Below are positions 36,600 to 45,938 of a stretch of 64,000 nt of DNA, one piece after another; position 1 is the stretch's first letter; each line of letters begins with the position of its first letter. The notes under the pieces were generated by a model. That model ran no database searches and was not told the origin of the DNA. It saw only the letters and a program-made list of their open reading frames with translations. Origin of the DNA: Candidatus Pacearchaeota archaeon (GTDB taxonomy: Archaea > Nanobdellota > Nanobdellia > Pacearchaeales > GW2011-AR1). The stretch is taken from positions 18,063 through 82,062 of the forward strand of contig JAGVWZ010000016.1 in assembly GCA_018304045.1 (NCBI GenBank), read 5' to 3'. The position numbers were made by a program, and so were the translations under genes.

Positions 36600-37394
36600 T
36601 TATTTTAATATCTCTTTTAAATCAAGATTAATAGATTCAAAATATTTAACTGGGCTATTTTTTTTCAAATTCTTTGTTGTTTTACCTTCTTTAAATAAAT
36701 CAATAAAATTTGATAAACCTTTTTTATATTTTTCTTTTATTTTAGGAAGAAGTTTTTCCTTAGCCTGATTTAAACAATTCTTGCTACAAAAATTTCTAGT
36801 TATTTTATTCTCTTTAAAATTAATGAATCTATTGTTATGTTCTTTTCCACAAACAATACAAATATCTTTCTCATCAGTTATTCTTTGTCTAAAAGAATAA
36901 CCATATTTATTAATATAACAATCCGCGCATTTAGATGAACAAAAGTCAGCCATATTACTAAACCCTGCATTTGAATGAATTATAAAGCCATCATGTCCTT
37001 TTCCGCACACTATACATTTATACCTAAACTTCATCCCAAATAATCTTTTAAAAAAAAGTTTTGGTTTATGAAACCAAATCCTACCTTGTATAATTTCTCC
37101 TTTTTCAGTATTAGGTTTATTCGGTTTAGAAATAAGTTTTTCTTCTTTAGGTTTAACAACAAAACATTTAATTTTTTGTTTTTCCATTTGCGGCTTAATT
37201 TCTGAAAGATATTCTTGTAATCCTTTAATTTTACTATAATCCGTTTCATCAGTCTTCATTCTTAAAAATAAAGTTCTTTCTATTTTATTATTAATCGTCT
37301 GATTTCCAAATCCTTCTATTTCAAAATAAGCATTTGGAGAGGGTTCGGTAATATTTATTACTTTGTCATGAGTCTTTCTATTTTCCTTTTTCAT
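36600..37394 (-). CDS. protein with two TRASH/zinc-ribbon-like metal-binding modules
   Basis: CIVCGKGHDGFIIH...FCSSKCADCY and CIVCGKEHNNRF...FCSKNC (Cx2C-x19-22-Cx3C TRASH spacing). Confidence 0.45.
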   Translation of the reverse strand: MKKENRKTHDKVINITEPSPNAYFEIEGFGNQTINNKIERTLFLRMKTDETDYSKIKGLQEYLSEIKPQMEKQKIKCFVVKPKEEKLISKPNKPNTEKGEIIQGRIWFHKPKLFFKRLFGMKFRYKCIVCGKGHDGFIIHSNAGFSNMADFCSSKCADCYINKYGYSFRQRITDEKDICIVCGKEHNNRFINFKENKITRNFCSKNCLNQAKEKLLPKIKEKYKKGLSNFIDLFKEGKTTKNLKKNSPVKYFESINLDLKEILK

Positions 37395-37499
37395 TTAATT
37401 ATAACGATTTTACAACTTATAAATATTGCTTTCTTAGAAATGGGAAATTAATAACTGACGTTTACTTTACAACTCATTATTATAGCAAATAACAAAAAT

Positions 37500-38372
37500 C
37501 TAATTAATAACAGTGCTATTGAGTTTTTTAATTGCAATACTATTTATTGTTTCTATAATATAATTGCTTTCAAGAGCAAAACCAATATTTTCTGCATTTG
37601 CCTTAAAATTATTTATACCTATGACTTTTCCATTTGTATTTATTAAAGGTCCACCTGAATTTCCAGGATTAAGAGAAGCATCTGTTTGTATATATCCATT
37701 AATCCCATTATTACCTACTCTATCAATAGCACTTACAATTCCCTCTGAAACAGAAAAACTAAGTCCAAGAGGATTGCCAATTGCAATAACTTTTTCTCCA
37801 ACCCTAATATTGTCAGAATCTTCAAATTCAAAATAATCATAACTTCCATCAATTTTTAATAATGCCAGATCCATTGTATCATTATATCCAATCAATTTCA
37901 TTTTCTTTGTTTCTTGATCACTAGTAATGGCATTGGCATAGCTTCCATCATACAAAACATGGGCATTTGTAATAACATATCCGTCATTGCTTATTATAAA
38001 TCCAGTGCCCTGAGAAACATCTGTTTTTATTGTAACAACTGATTTCTTTGAAGTTTCAATTATATTAGAAAAATCCGAACTAGATTTAGCTTTTATAATT
38101 CCAACCTCTTTAATAAGATTTGTCCTTGTATCAAGAATATCTTTTTCAACACTAGTTATTTGATTTTGAACAGTCAGTTCACTATCATCTATTCGTTGGT
38201 TTATAGAAATATTAAGATTACCAAGTGATTCTAGGTTTAATCTATCTTGATTCTCTAGACCATATATCTTGATTATGGAATATACAATCAAAACACTTTG
38301 AAATATTAAAATCACAACTACAACAATTGAAAATACTTTCAAAGAATTATCATCAAGTTTTTTCATAATCAA
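37500..38372 (-). CDS. membrane-anchored trypsin-like serine protease (HtrA/DegP S1C family, no PDZ)
   Basis: Catalytic-triad contexts VITNAHV, D...LALLKI, GNSGGPLIN; N-terminal TM helix. Confidence 0.8.
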   Translation of the reverse strand: MIMKKLDDNSLKVFSIVVVVILIFQSVLIVYSIIKIYGLENQDRLNLESLGNLNISINQRIDDSELTVQNQITSVEKDILDTRTNLIKEVGIIKAKSSSDFSNIIETSKKSVVTIKTDVSQGTGFIISNDGYVITNAHVLYDGSYANAITSDQETKKMKLIGYNDTMDLALLKIDGSYDYFEFEDSDNIRVGEKVIAIGNPLGLSFSVSEGIVSAIDRVGNNGINGYIQTDASLNPGNSGGPLINTNGKVIGINNFKANAENIGFALESNYIIETINSIAIKKLNSTVIN

Positions 38373-38444
38373 TTATAGATTCTAAAATATATAAGCATTG
38401 TGAATTGCAATTCTTAATCAATCAACTAATCTTCTGCCTTTTCA

Positions 38445-38603
38445 TTAATCTTCGTCACAATCTTCAAATTTTACAGAATGAAGATTTTCGTATTCTTCTT
38501 TTCTTTTTTTACTGCATTTATCACAATATTTTCTTGTGTATCTTCCAGAAACTTTAGCTAAAAAATCCTTTCCGCAATCCTTACATTTTATTTGTTTTTC
38601 CAT
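38445..38603 (-). CDS. 52-aa zinc-ribbon mini-protein (MEKQIKCKDCGKDF...YCDKCSKKRKEE...)
   Basis: CxxC...CxxC; paralog of 20908..21018; directly upstream of tRNA-Gly. Confidence 0.35.
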   Translation of the reverse strand: MEKQIKCKDCGKDFLAKVSGRYTRKYCDKCSKKRKEEYENLHSVKFEDCDED

Positions 38604-38756
38604 GACTAAATCAGGATTTTTAAGAATTTAAACTTTGCTGCCCAGTTTTAATATGGATTAATAAATCTTGCCATACTACTCTATGGTTAAAATGACCTAA
38701 CCTAAACATAAAATCTTTTAAACCCCTTTTTATTGTTATGTTATATTCAAAATATT

Positions 38757-38882
38757 GCGCCGCTAGTTTAGTGGTAGAACATATCGTTGCCAATAAAGAA
38801 ATTAGATTAATTTCTAATTTTTCCTTTCATAAGGAAAGAAAGCAAAAACGATAGGATCCGAGTCCGATTCTCGGGTGGCGCA
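38757..38882 (+). tRNA. tRNA-Gly (anticodon GCC) with ~55-nt intron after position 37
   Basis: Exon 1 GCGCCGC-TA-GTTT-AGTGGTA-GAAC-A-TATCG-TTGCCA; intron aataaagaaatt...gcaaaaa (approximately 38793..38847); exon 2 (A)CGATA-GGAT-CCGAG-TCCGATT-CTCGG-GTGGCGC-A; acceptor 7 bp with one G:U. Confidence 0.7.
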
Positions 38883-39007
38883 TTCATATTTGCAAGGCAA
38901 ATATGTCATCCGGGATGTCGTAAAGAATTCAAACAGTGATAAGGTCTGATTCCGAGCAAAAGGACTTTTAGTAAATTTGATAGAATAAGAAAGCACTTTT
39001 GCGAGTA

Positions 39008-39018
39008 GGGTGGCACAT
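39008..39018. repeat. att-like copy of the tRNA-Gly 3' end (gggtggcacat)
   Basis: tRNA ends cgggtggcgca; the copy is preceded by the conserved cassette-end motif. Confidence 0.55.
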
Positions 39019-39081
39019 TTTATTATTTTCTAGTAGTAACAAAATAGGAAGATTTAAAAATGTTAAAGAATAGTTAATTTT

Positions 39082-39537
39082 ATGGGATATGATTATAAAA
39101 GTTTAGAAGATTTTAAAATGGGTTTTCCATTTCTTCGTAGCTGTAGCAAACTTGGAGATTTTAAACTTTTTATTATAGGTGAAGAAAAAAGTGAAAGATT
39201 AAGGGCTTGTGAATTTACCCAAGGAGTTCTTGAGAGAATGTTGGATGAAGCTAAAAGCTCTGGAGATATTAGAGACTATGAAGTAAAAATCATTGATCTT
39301 GCAACTTCTACTAAAGCTACTCGAATTGATCCATTATATCCAGAAGAATGGGGAAGAATAGGAAATAAAGATGGTTTAGTTTTTCTTCCAATATTTCATA
39401 ATACAGATGGTGAACCATGCTTACCTCAAGTTGCATTTGATGAGCATTTACCGGCGATTTTTTCAGTTTCACAAAAAGGATATAATGCAGTAGTAAATCG
39501 TTCTAAAAGAGATTGTTATGATACTGTAAGAGTTTAG
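39082..39537 (+). CDS. hypothetical protein (cassette gene)
   Basis: ORF only. Confidence 0.3.
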   Translation: MGYDYKSLEDFKMGFPFLRSCSKLGDFKLFIIGEEKSERLRACEFTQGVLERMLDEAKSSGDIRDYEVKIIDLATSTKATRIDPLYPEEWGRIGNKDGLVFLPIFHNTDGEPCLPQVAFDEHLPAIFSVSQKGYNAVVNRSKRDCYDTVRV

Positions 39538-39578
39538 TAAACCAAAAATTTTATAAATAATCATTTACTATAAACTAC

Positions 39579-39773
39579 ATGGAAACACAAACAATAGACA
39601 ATTTGTCAAAAGAAGTAATGCTGTTAAAAAAAGAATTTGCTAAAATGAAAGAATTCATGGAAGAAGATCTTGAATTTGCAAAAAGAACAGAAGAAGCATG
39701 GCAGGAAATTGATGAAGGAAAATGCACTTGTATAAATTCTGAAGACTTTTTAAAAGAAATTAAAAAATGGTAG
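39579..39773 (+). CDS. antitoxin (C-terminally similar to 14251..14520)
   Basis: EEDLEFAKRTEEAWQE...FLKEIKKW versus EEDLEFARRTEEAYKR...FIEEMKKW; immediately precedes and overlaps the toxin gene. Confidence 0.5.
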   Translation: METQTIDNLSKEVMLLKKEFAKMKEFMEEDLEFAKRTEEAWQEIDEGKCTCINSEDFLKEIKKW

Positions 39774-40015
39774 AAATAATCTATGCAGATAGATTCAAAA
39801 GAACATTATCAAAAATTAAGGATAATAATCTTAAAGAGAGGGTAGCAAAACAAATTGCAAAGATTATTGAAAATCCTGAAATAGGCAAACCAATGAGTTA
39901 TAATAGAAAAGGGACAAGAGAACTTTATGTTTCACCATTTAGGCTATCTTATGCTTTTATCTCACATCAAAATACAATTTATTTTTTAGATTTGTATCAT
40001 AAGGATGAACAATAA
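39767..40015 (+). CDS. RelE/ParE-family toxin, paralog of 13961..14209
   Basis: ~70% identical to the tRNA-Asp-array toxin. Confidence 0.6.
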   Translation: MVEIIYADRFKRTLSKIKDNNLKERVAKQIAKIIENPEIGKPMSYNRKGTRELYVSPFRLSYAFISHQNTIYFLDLYHKDEQ

Positions 40016-40060
40016 AAGTTCAATTTCCCATATTGAAAATCGCATTTTGGGTGGGTACCC

Positions 40061-40072
40061 GGGTGGCGCATG
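40061..40072. repeat. att-like copy of the tRNA-Gly 3' end (gggtggcgcatg)
   Basis: Preceded by cccgggtgg as in the tRNA. Confidence 0.55.
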
Positions 40073-40109
40073 CTTTTTTTTATAGAAGAGAAATTAGGGA
40101 ATCGAACTT

Positions 40110-40820
40110 TTAACTTATTTCTATCCTTCTACAGGCTAAACATAAAACATCTTTATAAGCATCTTCTCCTACCAAAACTGCTGTAAAATCATATTCTGCT
40201 ATTTGATTACCAGAAATATTATTTGCAATAACCTGTCCTTTGGCAATATTATCAAAATTATTTATCAAGACATTCTCTTTAGATTTTTTTATTATATTAA
40301 AGACCTCAAATATCTCCATATCCTCATTAATCTTATTTTCAATGATATTTTTTATTAACAAGCTTGCTTCTTCTACATTTTCTTTCCTATTATGTGGACC
40401 TACTTCGATGCTTATGCCACAATCAACAAAATCTATTAATGCTTTTCCACTTGCAAAAAATTCAGGCATTATAACTAATTTTTTTAAACCCAATAGTTTT
40501 GCAAATTCTATTTTTTCATTATTTGGTTTTGTTATTATCCCAAACATAGGGCAGTTATTAGATGAAGAATGAATATCTATTATATAATAAAAATCTTTTA
40601 GTCTTTTAATCAGATTATAGGCCAGTTTTTCCTCATGATTCCCATCTATCTTTCCTGGAAAACATCGGTTTAAATCAGTATCTATAAATCTTTTATTCTC
40701 AATAAATGCTTTTTTATTTGAAAGAAAAAAAGGGAAGAAAGACTGGTTTTTACTAACTTCAAAGCCATATCTTTCATTCCCATGTAAACAACAAACAATT
40801 GCTAAATTTTTCATAGTCAC
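40110..40820 (-). CDS. succinylglutamate desuccinylase/aspartoacylase (AstE/AspA) family zinc hydrolase-like protein
   Basis: Conserved CCLHGNERYG (HGNE) motif and IIDIHSS block. Confidence 0.5.
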   Translation of the reverse strand: MTMKNLAIVCCLHGNERYGFEVSKNQSFFPFFLSNKKAFIENKRFIDTDLNRCFPGKIDGNHEEKLAYNLIKRLKDFYYIIDIHSSSNNCPMFGIITKPNNEKIEFAKLLGLKKLVIMPEFFASGKALIDFVDCGISIEVGPHNRKENVEEASLLIKNIIENKINEDMEIFEVFNIIKKSKENVLINNFDNIAKGQVIANNISGNQIAEYDFTAVLVGEDAYKDVLCLACRRIEIS

Positions 40821-40821
40821 G

Positions 40822-41289
40822 TTATAAGATACCTATTGCAAGAACCGCATCTCCCTTATCTAATGCCATTTTCAAATCTTGTTTAAAGAATCTACTTACT
40901 GAACAATGTTCTGGTTCTCTTCCATAGAAAAGTCCTCCATAATATCCTTTGACTACTCCATTAGAATCAGAATTACAATTAAGATAGACTGCAAACTCTT
41001 CTTGTAGAGTTCTAATTTGCCTAGGCATGCCACTCAATCCTGGAAATGTACTTTGGCAGTAATTCAACAATGCTTTATACATTCTTGGATTTTGAGTCCT
41101 TAAACATATTGCTCTTTCTCCATTGATTGCTTGATTTGTAATCTCTCTAAATATTCCCTTTCCTTGAATAGATGAATCTAGACAAATTCCTTCTACAATT
41201 AGAGAAGGAAATCCTGCAAAAGATCTTCTATTATAACTTGCCATTGCTTTGATTTCTCCATTTCTAAGAAGAAATACTCTTTCTGGCAA
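40822..41289 (-). CDS. GNAT-family N-acetyltransferase-like protein
   Basis: Motif A-like IVEGICLDSSIQGKGIF; adjacent to the AstE/AspA-like gene. Confidence 0.45.
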   Translation of the reverse strand: MPERVFLLRNGEIKAMASYNRRSFAGFPSLIVEGICLDSSIQGKGIFREITNQAINGERAICLRTQNPRMYKALLNYCQSTFPGLSGMPRQIRTLQEEFAVYLNCNSDSNGVVKGYYGGLFYGREPEHCSVSRFFKQDLKMALDKGDAVLAIGIL

Positions 41290-41764
41290 AGTTATATGAT
41301 TATAGATATCTTGAAAATCTAAATCCCTCCCAAATCCATTTCTTACAACACTTACAACTTGTTCTAAATCATCAGGATTTGAATCAAAATGCTTCTTAGG
41401 ATTTGTGATTTCTTCTATGTTGCCAAAGACAGCTAGAAGATTTAATTATTTTATTTACCATTTTACTCCTGACCTCCTTTCAGCCTTTTTCAGAAAGAAT
41501 TTCAAAATAAGAAAGATTAAATTAACAGGGCTATGCCCAGGGATATTGAATTAAAAATTTATTATATAGGGTTTTAACTAGGAAGAATATAATTTTATTG
41601 CCAGAGATAACCTCTAGATTGTATTGTCATATAAATTTGATTATTAATTGCTATTTAAATTTTCCTATTCAATTCCCTCCTTTAAAAAAGCAAAATCCCT
41701 GGCTTCTTGAGTATCTAACCTACCCAACCAAAAATTTTATATAGCTTACTTTCTAAGAATAAAT

Positions 41765-41926
41765 ATGGAAAACGAAGAATTAATTATAAGCAAATTAGAT
41801 GTATTAAAACAAGAAATTGACTTTATTAAAAAACATTTAATAGATGTAACTTTAACTCAAGATGATGTTAAATCTTTATGTGAAGCTGAAGAAGATTTAA
41901 AAAAAGGAAGAACAAAGAGGTTGTAA
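41765..41926 (+). CDS. 53-aa antitoxin-like protein upstream of RelE/ParE toxin
   Basis: MENEELIISKLDVLKQEIDFIKKHL...; stop 1 bp before the toxin start codon; below ORF-track cutoff. Confidence 0.45.
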   Translation: MENEELIISKLDVLKQEIDFIKKHLIDVTLTQDDVKSLCEAEEDLKKGRTKRL

Positions 41927-41927
41927 A

Positions 41928-42188
41928 ATGTATTTTGTAGAGCTATCAGTTAAAGCTCAAGATTTCTTAGAAAAAATTGATAAAGATACTAAAGATAGAA
42001 TAGAAAAAAGATTAAAAAATCTTGAAAGTAATCCTATTCCAAGCGATTCAAAATTTATTGGAAGAGATAATAATGAAATGGTTTTTAGATACAGGATTGG
42101 TAAATTCAGAGCTCTGTATAAAGTTAAAGAAGCTCAAAAGATAATTTTAGTCACTAAAATTGATAAAAGAGACAAAGTTTATGATTAA
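41928..42188 (+). CDS. RelE/ParE-family toxin
   Basis: 86 aa; FRYRIGKFRALYKV...IILVTKIDKRDKVY typical RelE/StbE C-terminal region. Confidence 0.6.
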   Translation: MYFVELSVKAQDFLEKIDKDTKDRIEKRLKNLESNPIPSDSKFIGRDNNEMVFRYRIGKFRALYKVKEAQKIILVTKIDKRDKVYD

Positions 42189-42304
42189 ACTAAATTCCTT
42201 ATAGTAAAACAATAAAATTTTGTGCAAACTGAACTTTTTTCTTGTTTACGAGCAAAAGGACTTTTAGCAAATTCGATGAAATAAGAAAGCACTTTTGCGA
42301 GTAG

Positions 42305-42315
42305 GGTGGCGCATG
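42305..42315. repeat. att-like copy of the tRNA-Gly 3' end (gggtggcgcat)
   Basis: Preceded by the conserved cassette-end motif (42253..42304). Confidence 0.55.
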
Positions 42316-42364
42316 TTTTACTGAACATTATATAGTCCTTAAACTAAAATGTGGTAGCCGAGAA

Positions 42365-42375
42365 GGGTAGCGCAT
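42365..42375. repeat. att-like copy of the tRNA-Gly 3' end (gggtagcgcat), last of the array
   Basis: 50 bp after the previous copy (empty cassette). Confidence 0.45.
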
Positions 42376-42430
42376 TTCTATTATAATTAAGGTTCATAAA
42401 ACATTTAAACTTAATTAAGCTCTTTTTTAC

Positions 42431-43549
42431 ATGGTTTTAAAAGAGCTGATTAAAAACCACTCTGGAAAGATACAAGCATCTCTATCAACGATTATAAAGA
42501 TAATACTTATTTTTTCTATTTTCTATGCCACATACTATCATCTTTGGCATATTTTGTTTGCCAATATTTTTTTATTGTTCTTATTATTTACACCATATTT
42601 TCTAAGAAAAAAATATGAAGTTCATATTCCAAAGGAATTCGAGTTTATTTTTCTTGCATTCATAATAATCTCGTTTTTTCTAGGTGATATAAGGGGAACA
42701 ATTATACAGATTTTTTTTGGAACTGCTATAGCTTTTATTGGATTTACAATAATGCTGATATTGTTTTCAAATAGCAAATTTAAGGCCAATTATCTATTAG
42801 TTATGCTATTTTCATTCAGTTTTTCTGTAACTTTTGGACTTATTGCAGAAATGATAAAATATTATCTAAAAACTTATTTTAATGAAGGAATAGTAAATCT
42901 TAGTGACTATACTTTTGCCATGCAAAATCTTACTTTTGTTGCCATAGGAGCTTTAACTGCATCAGTATTTGGTTTTATTTACATGAAAGGATTTAGAAAC
43001 AAGCTAATGAAAGAATGGGTTGGCAAATTTAAGAAAAGCAATCCAAATTTATTTATTCAAAGAACTGAATCACCTGAAGAAATATTAAAATTAATTAAAA
43101 AAGGTGAGAATGAAAAATTAGAATTCAAATCAACATTAAGGATGAATCTTCATACAGGAGAAAAAGATAGAAAAGTTGAAAATTCAGTTCTTAAAACAAT
43201 TGTTGCATTTTTAAATTCTGAAGGAGGTTGTTTATTAATTGGAATTTCTGATAATAGTGAAATAATTGGTATAGAAAAAGATGGATTTGTTAATAATGAT
43301 ATGTTTAATAGGCATTTTACAAATCTAATAAAAGAAAAAGTTGGAAATGAGTTTTTACCATTTATGAATTTTGAAATAGTATCATTAGATGGAAAAAATA
43401 TCCTTAAGGTAGATTTAGGAAAAAGTGATAAGCCAGTCTTTCTAAAAAATAGCAATGAGGAATTTTACATAAGAGTTGGAGCATCATCAATTCTGTTGAA
43501 TGGAAGTGAATTAATTGAGTATATCAAGAATAAATTTCATATAAGATAA
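42431..43549 (+). CDS. membrane-anchored Schlafen/AlbA_2-domain protein
   Basis: N-terminal ~200 aa with five or six TM helices; C-terminal EKLEFKSTLRMN...VLKTIVAFLNSEGGCLLIGISDNSEIIGIEKD matches the AlbA_2 (divergent AAA / Schlafen) signature. Confidence 0.6.
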   Translation: MVLKELIKNHSGKIQASLSTIIKIILIFSIFYATYYHLWHILFANIFLLFLLFTPYFLRKKYEVHIPKEFEFIFLAFIIISFFLGDIRGTIIQIFFGTAIAFIGFTIMLILFSNSKFKANYLLVMLFSFSFSVTFGLIAEMIKYYLKTYFNEGIVNLSDYTFAMQNLTFVAIGALTASVFGFIYMKGFRNKLMKEWVGKFKKSNPNLFIQRTESPEEILKLIKKGENEKLEFKSTLRMNLHTGEKDRKVENSVLKTIVAFLNSEGGCLLIGISDNSEIIGIEKDGFVNNDMFNRHFTNLIKEKVGNEFLPFMNFEIVSLDGKNILKVDLGKSDKPVFLKNSNEEFYIRVGASSILLNGSELIEYIKNKFHIR

Positions 43550-43601
43550 TAAAAATGTATTATTTGTTATTATTTATAAATTAAACAACCTTAATCAATT
43601 C

Positions 43602-44264
43602 ATGGAAAAAAACATAAAAGTAACAGAAAACGGACCCTATGAAGTCTATGGGAATATTCCATTGGATGAACAAGAAATAAAAACAGATGATAAAGGTTAT
43701 CCTTTAAAATATGAAAAAACAAAAAATCATCCAGCAAGTGAAACTTACTACCTATGCAGATGTGGCCATTCCTCAACAAAACCATTCTGCAGTTGGAATC
43801 ATTTAAAAATAAAATTCAATGGAAAAGAAACAGCACCAAAAAACAAATACATAGATAGGGCAGATGAATTAGAAGGCAAGAATATTATTTTAACAGATGA
43901 TTTTTCACTTTGTTCACAAGCTGGATTTTGTCATGGAAGAGAAGGAGAAACCTGGGATTTAATAAGATCTAAAGACAAAAAAGATAATGAAATTGCAATT
44001 CAACAATGTTTTGATTGCCCATCAGGAAGATTGGTTTTATGGGATGAAAAAACAAAAAAACCAATTGAACCTGATTTTAAACCACATATTTCCATATTAT
44101 ATGAACCTTGGAAAAAAGTAGAAGGTTCTATCTGGGTAAAAGGAAATATTCCAATAGAATCTAGTGATGGATATAAATATGAAGTAAGAAATAGAGTTAC
44201 TCTTTGCAGATGTGGAAAAACAGGAAACATGCCTTTTTGTGATGGAACTCATAGAATAAATTAA
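43602..44264 (+). CDS. CDGSH-type iron-sulfur domain protein (two CDGSH modules)
   Basis: CRCGHSSTKPFCSWNH and CRCGKTGNMPFCDGTH. Confidence 0.7.
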   Translation: MEKNIKVTENGPYEVYGNIPLDEQEIKTDDKGYPLKYEKTKNHPASETYYLCRCGHSSTKPFCSWNHLKIKFNGKETAPKNKYIDRADELEGKNIILTDDFSLCSQAGFCHGREGETWDLIRSKDKKDNEIAIQQCFDCPSGRLVLWDEKTKKPIEPDFKPHISILYEPWKKVEGSIWVKGNIPIESSDGYKYEVRNRVTLCRCGKTGNMPFCDGTHRIN

Positions 44265-44644
44265 ACTTTTTTCTTTTTATTATTAAAATTAATTAAATCT
44301 TTCTTAGAATTAAAAACTCCGGAGTCTTGAAACTCAATAGGACGTTCTTTTCCAGCCCTATAAACAGCTTTTTTACTTCCACTTCTAAAAATACCAAGTT
44401 TTCTTTGATTATCAGAAGCTCCATTTTTTATAATATCAATTATAGCAATTAAAATTCCAATTCCTATTAAGACATAACCAATTAATCTATTATCTCCGAA
44501 TATAATTCCAGCTAAAATAAATGCAAAAGCAAGTCCAAACAAATAATTAAATTTCTTCTTTTTATTGCCCTTAATTACAAATACTAAAATAGCAATTATC
44601 AATAGAACAATTATTGAAATTAAAATATAAAGTGTAGATGCCAT
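44261..44644 (-). CDS. small membrane protein
   Basis: Three TM helices. Confidence 0.35.
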   Translation of the reverse strand: MASTLYILISIIVLLIIAILVFVIKGNKKKKFNYLFGLAFAFILAGIIFGDNRLIGYVLIGIGILIAIIDIIKNGASDNQRKLGIFRSGSKKAVYRAGKERPIEFQDSGVFNSKKDLINFNNKKKKV

Positions 44645-44688
44645 GATTTTAATAAATTTTAAAGCTATTTAAATTTTTAGACAATCCA

Positions 44689-44961
44689 TTATTCTCTAAA
44701 TTGTTCTCCCCTATACCATAAACAATTATCATACCTATCTTTATCTAAACACCATAATTGCATAGAAGCAGAATCACAAATTATTCTTCTTCCAGAAGAT
44801 ATGTTTGAATGAGTATGCTGTCCTTCTGTAAGATCTCTTCCACAATAAGGCCCTATTTCATCAGTGCAAAAATGTGGGCATCTATATTCAACTTTGCTTT
44901 CTCTTAATAATCCTAAAACTAAATGCCCTTCAAGTTCTGCAGGAGCTCTAAAATTTCCCAT
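44689..44961 (-). CDS. small Cys-rich hypothetical protein
   Basis: ORF; seven Cys; GC-richer than flanks. Confidence 0.3.
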   Translation of the reverse strand: MGNFRAPAELEGHLVLGLLRESKVEYRCPHFCTDEIGPYCGRDLTEGQHTHSNISSGRRIICDSASMQLWCLDKDRYDNCLWYRGEQFRE

Positions 44962-45364
44962 ATTAAATTAGAAATATCTTTATTTTTAAATCTTCGCACT
45001 ACTTTTTAGCTACAGCCGCCGAAATAAGTAATTCAAATCCCAAAGGTGCCATTAATTCCTCAAGATTTAGTCCAGAATCAGTTTTTTCAACAACTCTTGA
45101 AATAAGGAAAGGAAATCTATTATCTGTATGTTGTTGATAATTTGTTTTTAATAAAAATTGTGATAAATCCTCTTTTTTATAGAATATATAATTACCATAG
45201 CTAGAAATATTGCCATCTCTATAAATTTTAAATAAAGCATCTCCAGTAACTTTTATTCCATTGGCACATTCTTCTTCATTTCCTATACTGGGTCTATGGA
45301 TGTAATCCACCATGGATTATTCAGATAAATAGGTTTTTTAATAATTATTGTAATAATAACATAC

Positions 45365-45658
45365 TTAATTTTCCATCATTCTCAAAATCTCTTCAAGTTC
45401 AGCTACTTTTTTATTAAGATCAGGATCGTCTCTCAAATAAAACTTTTCTCCACTATCTCTAATAGTGTCTACACAATGTAGGCAAAAGCAGTCTGATTGT
45501 ATCCCTGGGTCAGTAAAATCATCTGAATGATGATAGCAATCTTCAGGGGGCACATGAGTATAAACACAACCTTGACAAACCCTATATGCTCCAGCCATTA
45601 CACCTCTTTCTTTCAAAGCAGGGACTAATCTTTTAGGGTTATAGTACTTAAATTCCAT
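45365..45658 (-). CDS. small Cys/His-rich hypothetical protein
   Basis: CQGC...C..H...CFCLHC pattern. Confidence 0.3.
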   Translation of the reverse strand: MEFKYYNPKRLVPALKERGVMAGAYRVCQGCVYTHVPPEDCYHHSDDFTDPGIQSDCFCLHCVDTIRDSGEKFYLRDDPDLNKKVAELEEILRMMEN

Positions 45659-45938
45659 TAAATAAAATAAATAAAGAAATTTTTAAGTATTTGTATAAAC
45701 TTTAACTTACATTCCCAAGGATTTAAGCAATTCGTATACTAAAAATGCAGGCCAAACAAGAGCTTTCAAAACACCTAAAACTCCTAGCCAAAAGCTTCCA
45801 GCAGTAGTTACATAGTAAACAGCTGCACCAATAAATCCAAGGCCATAGACCGCTCCGCCGCAACCAGATCCGCAATTTTTTAGGTTACATTTCATATCTT
45901 TTTTATTCATTTTTTTACCTCCTTTTATGATTTTAAAA

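Noticed and set aside
38814-38996. 60-aa minus-strand ORF
   Set aside because: Overlaps tRNA-Gly exon 2/intron and the first empty cassette; explained by the RNA gene and att repeat.
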